A DNA stretch of 63,746 bases, the filler included, from Octopus bimaculoides (taxonomy: Eukaryota), in assembly GCF_001194135.2 (NCBI RefSeq). It is 5 parts of 4 records of this genome, joined end to end, with 100 filler letters (N's around TTAATTAATTAA, not from the genome) between each part and the next. Parts side by side here need not be neighbours in the genome. Positions count along the whole stretch, not along the records: positions 6,765 to 14,360 come from NC_068984.1; positions 14,461 to 38,909 come from NC_068983.1; 3 more parts are not named here. One strand, 5' to 3'. Within the stretch, counting starts at the first letter, position 1. Each line of letters opens with the position of its first letter. Below are positions 12,215 through 23,650 of this stretch, in pieces. The notes beneath the pieces are model-generated. The model had not been told where the DNA came from, searched no databases, and saw only the letters and a program-made list of their open reading frames with translations. Position numbers and translations under genes: made by a program.

Positions 12215-12912
12215 CCAGACCTCAGTAGTTCTGTACTTTATTACAATGGTTCCATACCACATCATACATCAGTAGTACTATACACTGCTAGACCTCACTG
12301 GTTCTATGTCGTGTCATTCCAGGTCTCAGTGGTACTATACTATGTTGTAAATGAACAGTTCTGTTCACCACTAGATCTTAGTGCCTCAATGGTTCCATAC
12401 CATATCAGACCTCAGTAGTTTAATACCAAACCAGATTGTGATGTAACCATACCTACCTTCAATGGTGACATACAATGCTAAACATCAATGGTTGCATATA
12501 AAGCCAGACTTCAAGGCAACTATGCAGTTCTAATGGTTCTTTACCATTCCAGATCTCAACGGTTTCATCCCAGACTAGACTGCAATTTTTTCACACTATG
12601 CCTGAACTCAATAATTCATAGAAATCCAAGCTTCAATGTAACCGTACCACTACTCAGACATCAATAGTTCCCAACCAAGCCAGACCTTAAGGATTCTATA
12701 CTATTCCAGATACTAATAATTTCATATCCTGATAGACTTCAACAGTCTGTGTCATGCCAGACCTCAATGGTTCCATACCATTCCAGACTTGAATGATTCA
12801 ATATCATACCAGACACCAATACTTCTATATCCTGTCAGACCATAATAGTTCTGTACCATGCCACCATTCTATACTGAACTTCAGTAGTTCCATGTGCCAG
12901 ATGCTAATAGTT
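12215..12912. repeat. Degenerate 26-bp minisatellite, about 27 units, consensus near CCAGACCTCAATGGTTCCATACCATT
   Basis: Four consecutive exact-length 26-mers at about 12757-12860; units contiguous, no spacers. Confidence 0.75.
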
Positions 12913-13848
12913 AAGTCAAATGCTAATAAGGCACTCATCTGTCATTACTGACCATGGATGAAGTCCCTAGTTGTCCATCCTACTGGAACAGCATTGCCCA
13001 TGATTGCTATCTCTTCAGTATAGAGTGTTCAATAGGATCCAAGCCTGAGCAGTATGATATGGATGATAAGTCGTTGCCCATGCAGTATGTCTGCACTCTT
13101 CATGTCACCGATGGATCCAAAGGAACAGCATGGCCATTGCAGTTTGACACCAGCATTATTGCAGGAGTTGCCATTATAAGATTGTAGATAACATCAAACT
13201 ACCTCAAGGTGTCCAACTTGGAATTTTTCTTCAGAGTTCACTCCTGAACATGGCTGCAATGCAGCAGAGATTTGAAATCAGGATTTCCCTTTTCCTAAAT
13301 GAGTTGCCTCACCCTGACCCCTGGCTAACAAGTTTTAACTATCCAACTGATTTGCTAATTAACCCATAGATGGGACCCCGACAGGTGCTACAACTCTGGT
13401 CAGAGAAGACCTGGGAGCAATTATGGTTCCACATTCCTTGAAGCCCAGAAACTCCCAAACCAAGGCCCCACTATTGGATGCAGTTTAAAGTCATACCCAG
13501 GACACAAGACAAATGGTAACATATTAACTAATCAAGACTTCCCTGCACTGAGGAGAAGAAATTATTAACTTGGTGCTTAAAACTGATCAAGGCAGATAGG
13601 ACGAACAACTCTGAACTCTTAAATTAAATGAAATTAGAATTATGGATGCAGTTAGAGGAAGAAACCATTAAAATTAGGACTAATATTAATTAAACCTGAT
13701 CATGCCGTACATAGTGCAAACAAAAACTTTTTTACTCTTTTTTTTTTTGTAAAAATCAAATTGGACACACAAACACACACGCACACNNNNNNNNNNNNNN
13801 NNNNNNNNNNNNNNNNNNNNNNNNNNNNNNNNNNNNNNNNNNNNNNNN

Positions 13849-13887
<39 letters not shown>

Positions 13888-14190
13888 CATACATATATAT
13901 ATGTATATGTACAAATATTCTATAATTATAAACATACTTATAAGTAGGTGTATTTGTGCATGTATGTATCATCATTTAGCATCTGTTGTCCATGTTGGTA
14001 TGGGTTGGACTGTTTGACCAGGGGTGGTAAGCTGAGGGACTGCACCAGACTCCATTCTGATTTGGTATGGTTTCTACGGCTAGATGCCCTTCCTAATGCC
14101 AACCGCTCCAAGAGTTTATGTGCCAGTTGCATGATACCAGTATCTGCTATGACTAAAATTTCACTTGGCTTGATATATATATATATATAT

Positions 14191-14360
14191 CATCATCGTT
14201 TAACGTCCGCCTTCCATGCTAGCATGGGTTGGACGATTTGACTGAGGACTGGTGAAACCGGATGGCAACACCAGGCTCCAATCTGATTTGGCAGAGTTTC
14301 TACAGCTGGATGCCCTTCCTAACGCCAACCACTCAGAGAGTGTAGTGGGTGCTTTTACGT
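14191..14360 (-). mobile_element. Young family C element (RTE-type 3' end)
   Basis: Almost identical in reverse complement to 16109-16270; other copies at 3660, 13965, 17115, 22145, 31420, 33630, 33835, 36818, 37357, 38385. Confidence 0.85.
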
Positions 14361-14460
14361 NNNNNNNNNNNNNNNNNNNNNNNNNNNNNNNNNNNNNNNN
14401 NNNNTTAATTAATTAANNNNNNNNNNNNNNNNNNNNNNNNNNNNNNNNNNNNNNNNNNNN
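14361..14460. other. Artificial 100-bp scaffold spacer
   Basis: 44 N + TTAATTAATTAA (14405-14416) + 44 N. Confidence 0.92.
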
Positions 14461-15607
14461 CAAATAAGTCAATATCTTATAACTTAAAAGTGTTTCAGTC
14501 ATTGGACTACGGCCAGGCTGGGGCACCACCTAGAAAGTTTTAGTCAAGCAAATCGCCCCCTCCCCCACCTTTTTTTTTAGTTTTAGGTCTGGTACTTATT
14601 CTATCGTACACCTTTTGCCGAGCCGCTAATGAAGGGACGTAGACACGACGAGTGTGCTTATCTATTCATCTATCATCTGTCCATCTGCTTGTTGATCTAT
14701 CAATTAATCTATCTCATATCTATCTACTTATCAATCGATCTATGTAACACAGAGCAACCGCTTGTCAATCTATGTCTGTCTGTCAATCTATCTGTCAATC
14801 TGTCTATCAATCTATCTGTTTGTCAATGTATTTGTTTGTCTATTTGTCAATTTATCTTACTTGTCTGCCACACACATGCACTCAGTGGATTTGTACTTAA
14901 CCCCCTAAAATCGTTATTTTGGAGGTAAAACGGGTTAAAGAACGATAGTGAATCCATTTAACATTTCACTAAATCGAAACTTACTCGATTTTTGTCTTTC
15001 AAATCTCCCAGATTAGTAAAAATTCACATCAATTAAATAGTGGCGTAATGTCCATTGACTATGTATAGATTACACGAAAAAGCTTTGTTAAGATATTCAA
15101 TACTTCAGTAATGCCAGCCACATGATAGGTACATTATGGAACTGACATCTGTTGTACTGAACATTAAAAAGTTGAAGCAGAATAAAGTACACACAGGCGC
15201 ATGCTTCCGGGTAAAGACCCAATACATGGTACTTTGGGCAAGTGACTTCGACTATAATCCCGGACTAACTAAATCCTTGTGAGTATCTAGCAGACAGAAA
15301 ACTGAAAGATGGCTCGTGTATGTGTGTATACTTGTTTGTATCCACCACTGCTTAACAGCCAGTTTTTGGTTTGTTTACGTCCCGCATATCTAAGCAATTC
15401 AGCAGAAGAGATGCATTTGGTATAAGCGCCAGACTTTAAAAAAACAAGTATTAGGGTCGGTTCGTTCGACTAAAACGAACTTCAAGGCCGTTGTCCAATG
15501 ACTGAAACAGGACACACACACTTCCAGCTGCTGTTCTAATTGGAATTTTGGTGGGTTACCTATCGGAGCACTCAGAACGTTTACCTGTTAGAGCTACCTT
15601 GACCTAG

Positions 15608-16268
15608 ACTCCTCGCCACACCCTAACAGTTGAGGGAACCCGTGGAAGAGGTAGGCCCAGGAAGACCTGGGCTGAGGTGGTGAGGCAAGACCTTCGTACA
15701 TTGGGCCTCACCGAGGCGATGACTACTGACCGAGACCTTTGGAAATGTGCTGTGCGTGAGAAGACCCGGCAAGCCAAGTAAGATCGTTGCCAGTGCCCCT
15801 GGACTGGTTCTTGTGCGGGTGGCACATGAGATGCACCATTTTGAGCGTGGCCGTTGCCAGTACCGCCTGACTGGCTCCCGTAGGATTTTCGAGCGAGATC
15901 GTTGCCAGNNNNNNNNNNNNNNNNNNNNNNNNNNNNNNNNNNNNNNNNNNNNNNNNNNNNNNNNNNNNNNNNNNNNNNNNNNNNNNNNNNNNNNNNNNNN
16001 NNNNNNNNNNNNNNNNNNNNNNNNNNNNNNNNNNNNNNNNNNNNNNNNNNNNNNNNNNNNNNNNNNNNNNNNNNNNNNNNNNNNNNNNNNNNNNNNNNNN
16101 NNNNNNNNCACTACACTCTCTGAGCGGTTGGCGTTAGGAAGGGCATCCAGCTGTAGAAACTCTGCCAAATTAGACTGGAGCCTGGTGTTGCCATCCGGTT
16201 TCACCAGTCCTCAGTCAAATCGTCCAACCCATGCTAGCATGGAAAGCGGACGTTAAACGATGATGATG

Positions 16269-16270
<2 letters not shown>
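15608..16270 (+). mobile_element. 5'-truncated RTE-clade LINE: ORF2 C-terminus (15608-15781), 3' UTR, gap, (GAT)n tail
   Basis: HTLTVEGTRGRGRPRKTWAEVVRQDLRTLGLTEAMTTDRDLWKCAVREK* fits the RTE pattern GRP..TW...DR..W. The tail ggcgttaggaagggcatccagc...ggacgttaaacgatgatgatg defines repeat family C. Confidence 0.85.
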
Positions 16271-16301
<31 letters not shown>

Positions 16302-16302
<1 letters not shown>

Positions 16303-16699
16303 TTTCTTTTTACTCGTTTCGGTCATTTGACTGCGGCCATGCTTGAGCACCGCCTTAAAGAGCGTTAGCCGAAGAAATCAACCCCGGGACATTCTTTGTA
16401 AGCCCAGTACTTATCCTATCGGTCTCTTTTGCCGAGCCGCTAAGTTCCGGGGATATAAACACACCAGCATCGGTTGTCAAGCGATGGTGGGGAGACATAC
16501 ACAGACACAAACATATACAGATATATATATATATACGACAGGCTTCTTTCAGTTTCCGTCTCTCAAATCCACTCGCAAAGCTTTGGTCGGCCTGAGGCTA
16601 TAGTAGAAAACACTTGCGCAAAGTGCCATGCAGTGGGACTGAACCCAGAACCATGTTGTTGAGAAGCAAGCTTCTTACCACACAGCCACTGCTGCACCT
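16302..16699 (-). mobile_element. Full-length SINE family B
   Basis: Reverse-complement match to 36421-36810. Confidence 0.85.
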
Positions 16700-18080
16700 A
16701 TATATTATACATTGGCATGTAAATGGATGTTGCTTCTCAGCTACATGGTTTTCAAGTTCAGTCCTACTGCGTTAAAACTTTGGGCAAGTCTTCTGCTGTA
16801 GCACCAAACTGAAGGAAACTTTTGTGTGAGTGTGTGTATGTGTAGATGTGTACGTATTTATGCATTTGTAAGCGTGTGCCTTTACATCGCCTGATACTTG
16901 CAGACGGAAATTACCGTCATACAAGTGGAGTTGTTGGTCTTCAATCTTCCGTGAAAAAACATGTTCGGCCATGAGGGAAAACCATACCTAAACCAAACAG
17001 ATGAGGTTGGAAATGAGAACGATATCCATCCGTAGGAAATCCGTCTCAACATCTTTTCGTCGAACTCATGCAAGCATGGAAAAGTAGACGCTAAAATTAT
17101 TACATAGAGAGATATCATCATCTTCATTTAACATCCGTTTTCCATGCTGTCACAGGTTGGACGGTTTGACAAGAGATGACCAAGCAGAAAACTGCACCAG
17201 ACCACCGTGTCTGTTTTGGTACGGTTTTTACGGCTGGCTGCCCTTCCTAACACCAACCAATCTGCTGAGTGGATTGAATGCTTTTTACGTGGCACAAACA
17301 CAGATGAGGTCAGTTTTTGCAATGTTTTTACAGCTGAATGCCCTTCCAAACCCCCACCATTTTACAGTGTGGACTGGATGCTTTTTACATGGCACCAACA
17401 CTGGTAGGGTCACCAAGTAACTTGCAAGACAAGGACTTACGAGAGTGGAGGGGGGCATTAGAGGAGGTGATTTTGTGTCAGATGATGAAAGGTTAGAGTG
17501 TAACAGAGAGACAATGAGACAGAAACAGGTGTCTTGGTGTAGAGGAGGTACAAGGTTACTCGGCCAGAGAGAGAGGGAGAGAGAGTGATCAGGAATGAGG
17601 AAAGAAACAGGCGTGTTGCTGTAAAGGAGATACATGGTTACCTAGCCAGAGGGAAGAGCAAGGGGAAAGAGAGTGGGAGACATAAAGAGTGCAAGAGAGA
17701 GCAGGAGAGAGATGGTGGCGAAGTGCCGAGGCATACTCACAAGAGTCGGGCATCAGAATATAAATGGGATGGTAGAGTAAAATGAGAAATGGATGGTGGC
17801 AAGTTCCAGGGCATACTCTTGAGGCAGTGCATTGCCAAAGAAGCGTGAGTAGAGAGTGGGGGTGAGGAATGCAGCGACTGGTGAAAACCTGGGTATATAG
17901 AGGGGGTGAGGGACTACTGAATAGCAATGCTACTGTGAGCAGGGCATTAAAAGCATGATTGGGGAGTGAGAGAGAAGCATAGTGCATGAAAGAGGAAATG
18001 TGAGGAAGCGATGTAGTTTGGTTTGTTAGAGTAGGGTGTGTGAAAAGTTGTATTGCTACGTGTGGGTGGAACACATAGCG

Positions 18081-18444
18081 CTTCTAGAACTCAGTTTCGC
18101 TGACGTAGGCTGATCTTTGCAAGAACCTCACATCGCCAGACATCTAAGTCCTTTGTCATTTCCTCCGTAAGCCCAACATCCTGAGATCGGTCCTCACCTC
18201 GTCATCCATGTCTTCCAGGGTCTCCCTCTTCCGCCGCGGGTACCATGCACTTTCAATGATCGGCACTTTATACAGTTGTCTTCATTCATACGCATCACAT
18301 GTCCAAACCAACGTAGTCTTCTCTCTTGCATGCTGCATTTGATTCTTCTTATGCCCAACTTTTCTCTCAATGCGTTTGTACTTTGTCATACATGCACACT
18401 GATGCTGCACATCCAACGGACCATACTGCCTTCATTTCTCTCTA
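18081..18444 (-). mobile_element. RTE-clade LINE ORF2 C-terminal relic
   Basis: Minus strand ERNEGSMVRWMC...LREKLGIRRIKCSMQERRLRWFGHVMRMNED...GRGRPWKTW; hallmark LRWFGHV.R. Confidence 0.85.
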
Positions 18445-20509
18445 CACATGTATTTTGCATCCTATGTCTCACTACTGTGGAGTATAACCGTTTGTTTCAG
18501 TCATTTGACTGCGGCCATACTGGAGCACCGCCTTGAAAGTCTTTTTTAGTCGAACGTGGCAATACCTGAGTTGGTGTTCAGGCGCAAGGTTGGTCTACCA
18601 ATAGGGGGAGGTCCCTCTGTTGATGTCACAACATCTCTATGGGAGAGGGGAAACTCAGAGAAAATCCGCGACACTGACGCATGATTTTGACTAATTCGAT
18701 GATGTTGACTAATTCTTTTCGAACTTATGTTGTACAAGTTCAGAGAGTGGGATTAGATTTGTGCAAATCCTTTCCCTACGATAAAAAGAAATCATCACGC
18801 AGAGGCATCGCTTGAAAAAAAACCTAAGACCTATCACAAAAATGGTTGGTCGTAGCCTTCGCCTGTATGGGGCTTTCAATCGGGTGATGGCAATACTCGA
18901 ACATGAGTTTGCGTGCGGGCGGTTGGTAGGTGTATGTATACAAACACAGGGACACACACAAGTATTAAGCCATCATTATAGTGAAAAACAAAGACAATGA
19001 AAATTTCTCAAAGTTACTTTTAGCTTGCGATAGAAAGAAAATATCAGAAATGAAATACAAAAAAAAAAAAAAAAAAAAAAAACTGCTTGAGAAGAGATAG
19101 GAAGAATAAAAAAGCAAGATTAGAATTCTTAGAACACTTCCGTAATGTTGGACAGTACAATTAATTTACCCAGGTCGTTCATCCTAGTTCCAATATGGAA
19201 AAATGGCAAAACAAAAATAAAAAAATAGGTCATACTAATTGAAACTGGTTGTTTTGGGTTGCTGACATGTGATGAGTATGTGTAGGAGAGGGGGAGAGAG
19301 ACATAACATTGTGTGTGTGTGTGTGTGTCAGACAGAGCAGTGTGAGTGTGTGAGATAGGCAGAGAGAGCAGTGTATGGGCGAAGGGGAGAGAGAGAGATA
19401 GGGAAAGAGAGAGAAAGAGCATTGTATGAATAACAGAGCAGTGTGAGTGTAAGAGAGACAAAGTAGAAGTGAGAGAGAGAGGTGTATCCGTGAGAGACAG
19501 ACAGACAGACAGCTGCGTATGTGTGTGCTTATGAGAGAGAAAGATGGAGCGGTGTGTGTCTGCATGAGATAGAGCAGAGAGACACAGAGAAAGATAGTGT
19601 GTGTGTGTGTGTGTGTAACATGGATAATTGAATTTTTTTTTAATGTAAAGAACTGTTAAATCAATAAAATTCTGAGGCTAATATCCAGTTTATCTCTCCA
19701 TTTTTAGCTCATAAGCTGAGATACATATACCAGACCTCTTTCTTTCTTTCTAAATGCCATACATGTGAGTAGAGTCAGAGTTTTGCAAAAAAACATGCCT
19801 CAAATGTTTGAAGGGTGTATTTTTGTGGTAAGGATGTGTATTCGCCAATAATAAGAGTTTGCTGATTATAAAAGTTTTATGTGACACCTTGGGCAAGTGT
19901 CTTCTGCTATGGCCTTGGCACAAACTAATGCCTTGTAATTGGATAGACCAGAAATTAAGAGAAGCCTGTTTTGTGTGTGTCTTTGTCAAATAGTGATAGC
20001 GTTAGTGCGTATATGTCCCTGGAACTCAGCGGTTTAGCTAACAGAGATTGATAGACTAAGTACCAGGCTTTAAAGAAATATATATAAGATACTGTGGCCA
20101 ATTTATTCGACTAAAAATTCTTCAAGGCGTTGCCCCAACATGGCTGCAGTCTAATGACAAACAAGTAAAACACGAAGGATAAAACAGGAAGACTAAACTT
20201 CTGTACACTGTCTAAATTTGCTGTTGTTGCTTAATTGGAAGAGGACTAATGGCTGCTGTGACTGGCAGGATGAAGAGAGGAAATTGTCCTGGGGATAGAG
20301 AGAGATGACCTGAATGTTTAGCATCAGAGTGGACTCCACTTAGGTTCCCAATGGTCAGGTGGTGATATTAAACTAGGAAATAACACACATTACCTCTCTA
20401 ATTGTAACAAAAGCACTCTGATGAATCTAGCTGAGGGAATGACTGACAGAATGATTAATTAAACACTCCATTTGTTAATTGGTTAACCAGTTTAATAATA
20501 ATGATGGCA

Positions 20510-21112
20510 CTTTCTGATTTTGACAAAAGGCAAACAATTTTGAGGGGAGAGGGAAAGTTGATTACATGAACTCCAGGGATCTGCTGGTGCTTTATTTTAT
20601 CAGCCTAAGAGAAAAATGAAAGTTAATGCCAACCTCAGCAACATTTGAACTCAGAATGTAAGGAGCCAAAGAAATGTTACCCTGCACTAACAATTCTGTC
20701 AGCTCACCACCATAATAATAATAATAATAATAATAATAATGGTTTCAAATTTTGCCACAAGGGCAGCTATTTTGCAGGGAGGGGATGAGTCGGTTACATC
20801 GACCCCAGTTGTTCAACTGGTACGTATGTTATCGACCCCAAAAGGATGAAAGGTAGAGTCGACCTCTGTGGAAGTTGAACTCGGAACATAGCAACAGGCA
20901 TAATACTGTTAAGCATTTTGTCCAGCGTGCTAATGATTCTACCAGCTCACCACAATAATAACAACAATCCTTTCTATTATAGGCACAAGGCCTGAAATTT
21001 GGGAGAGAGTGCTAGTCAATTTAATCGACCCCAGTACATAACTGGTACTTATTTAATCAACTCCAAAAGGATGAAAGGCAAAGTCAACCATGGAGGAATT
21101 TGAACTCAGAAT
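20510..21112 (-). mobile_element. Three tandem SINE family A copies
   Basis: Three successive family A cores separated by AAT/AAC tails. Confidence 0.75.
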
Positions 21113-21123
21113 GTACGTGTATG

Positions 21124-21356
21124 TATTGGGTTGTACAGAAAGTTCATGCCGATTTATAGTAGCTTACCTTTCGACTTATTTGCCATGAAGCCCCCTTCAG
21201 TTCTGGGAAGAGGGTATTTTCAAGTCAAAGGGAAGATGGAGGCGCATTGTGCAACAAAATGGTTCATATTTGGTTGGTGAAAAATGTAATGGCAAGTATT
21301 TATTGACCTGTTTCTTTCTTTTAAAAATCGGCACAAACTTTCCTGACAACCCAATA
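21124..21356 (+). mobile_element. Second mariner-derived MITE (different TIR family)
   Basis: TAttgggttgtacagaaagttcatgccgattt versus aaatcggcacaaactttcctgacaacccaaTA; internal GRWRRIVQQNGSYLV matches the mariner C-terminal motif. Confidence 0.85.
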
Positions 21357-21616
21357 CATGTGTGTTTTTATGGTTTTTGTTTGCCTCCCAACCAAAAAAA
21401 AAAAAACAACATAAGTTATGGGGAGCATAAACAAACCAATGCTGGTTTGTTTACATTCCCATAACGTAACAGTCTGGTAAAAAAATATTGACAAAACAAG
21501 TACCAGGTTTAAGAAAAAAGTCCTGAGGTCAATATGTTCGCCTAAACCTTTCGAGGGTGAACACCAGCAGAGCTACCCTCTAATAAGAACGAAGAAGACT
21601 ATCAGTTGCTTTGGTT

Positions 21617-21813
21617 TATTCTTTTATTTGTTTCAGTCATTTGACTGCGGCCATGCTGGAGCACCACCTTTCAGTTGAACAAATCCATCCCAGGACTTAT
21701 TCTTTATAAGCCTAGTACTTATTCTATCGGTCTCTTTTTTGCTGAACTACTAAGTTACCAGCATCGGTTGTCAAGCAATGGTTGGTGGGGGAACAGACAC
21801 ACAAACATACACG

Positions 21814-21868
<55 letters not shown>

Positions 21869-22027
21869 CAGGCTTCTTTCAGCTTCCATCAACCAAATCC
21901 ACTCAAAGCTTTGGTTGGTCTGAGGCTATAGTAGAAGACACTTGCCCAAGGTACCATGCAGTTGGACTGAACCTGGAACCATGTGTATGGTAAGCCAGCT
22001 ACTTACCACACAGTCAATCCTGCACCT
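21617..22027 (-). mobile_element. Full-length SINE family B
   Basis: Reverse-complement match to 36421-36810. Confidence 0.85.
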
Positions 22028-23619
22028 ATGTTTGTTATATATTAATTTCAATAACTGAACATTCTGCAGCCATTGTTGTTTTTGTTGTTCAACCCTGGGT
22101 CATTTCAGTAGACAGATAATCAAAAACTCACCAGACGTGATCATCCCAACATCAACATCGTTTAACATTCGCTTTCCATGCTGACATGGGTTGGACAGTT
22201 TGACTGAGGACTGGCAAGCCAGGAGGCTGCACCAGGCTCCAATCTGATCTGGCAAGGTTTCTACAGCTGGATGCCCTTCCTAATGCCAACCACTCTGAGA
22301 GTGTAGTGGGTGCTTTTTACGTGCTACCGGCACGGGAGGGGGGCAGTCACGCGGCACTGGCATCGACCCACACATTTATTCAAACAATCAGTATACTTAA
22401 AACTACATAAACCAATAACTCCTACTTTTCAAGACAACCTGGCATGAATTGAGGGAGATTGAGCTGCTATTTCTAGCAGACCATGTAACAATACAGAGAC
22501 TCTTCCATTGGTTCAGTACAGATAAAGTAGGCTTTCCTGATATGGCATGCAGAAAAAAACCAAGTATGCTTAGGATATAAGGTGATTTCAGGTCTGGTAC
22601 CACCAACCAGCATTAAGCAATTCTTGCAGCCACTCGAATGAAATGCCAACTTTCTATGTGAGTGAATCTATTTTAAGTTCTTCATAATGTCAGTAAATAT
22701 AATAGGCTCCGCTTGTTAAAATGCCGTCCAAATCCGTGCATACAGAACTACTTCAGCAATTATTCACGGATAGTAATTCCTAGGCATGGCTGTGTTGTTC
22801 ACAAGTCTGTATCCTAGCCATGTGGCTTCGAGTTCTATTTCCACAGCATGACACCCTGACAAGAGTCTTAGCTGCAATGGCCGCAGGCCAAACAAAGACT
22901 TGTTAGTGGATTTAGTAGACAGACATGTATTGTGTGTGTGTGTACATACACATATCTATATACGCCAGTATATGTGGCTTTATGGTAAGAGTATAGCCTT
23001 GGGCTGACTGAAGTCTTGTGAGATTTGGTAGATGGAAACTGAAAGAAGCCTGTTGTGTATGTTTGAATATGTATATGTGTGTGTGTATGTGTCCCCCACC
23101 AATGCCTGACAACTGGTGTTGGTGTGTTTATGTCCCTGTAACTTAGCACTTTACAGAGTGTATTGGGTGCTTTTTACATGGCACCAGCACCAACAGGGTT
23201 AAGTACCTTACAATACATATGTATATATGTATAAATAAATGTGTGTGTGTGTGTGTACCCTTGTCTTAACATCATGTAATGATAGTCAACAACCATCATC
23301 AGTGGACAAGCAATTTTACTCCTTTCAAAGTCTTCCAAAGAAAACATGTCTGGCTACAAGGAAATATAACCTTGCTTGGAAACAGGTGAGGACATCCAGC
23401 CATAGAAAATATGCCTCAACAAAATACACTGGACCCATGAAAGCATGAAAAAATAGACGCTAAAAAGATATATGTTCCTGTAACTTAGCGGTTCAGCAAA
23501 GAGACCGATAGAATAAGTACTAGGCTTACAAAGAATAAGTCCTGGGGTCGATTTTCTCGACTAAAGGTGGTGCTCCAGCATGGCCGCAGTCAAATGACTG
23601 AAACAAGTAAAAGAATGAC

Positions 23620-23650
<31 letters not shown>

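Noticed and set aside
12215-12912. CRISPR-like array
   Set aside because: Units are contiguous with no unique spacers, heavily degenerate, in a eukaryotic context with no cas genes.
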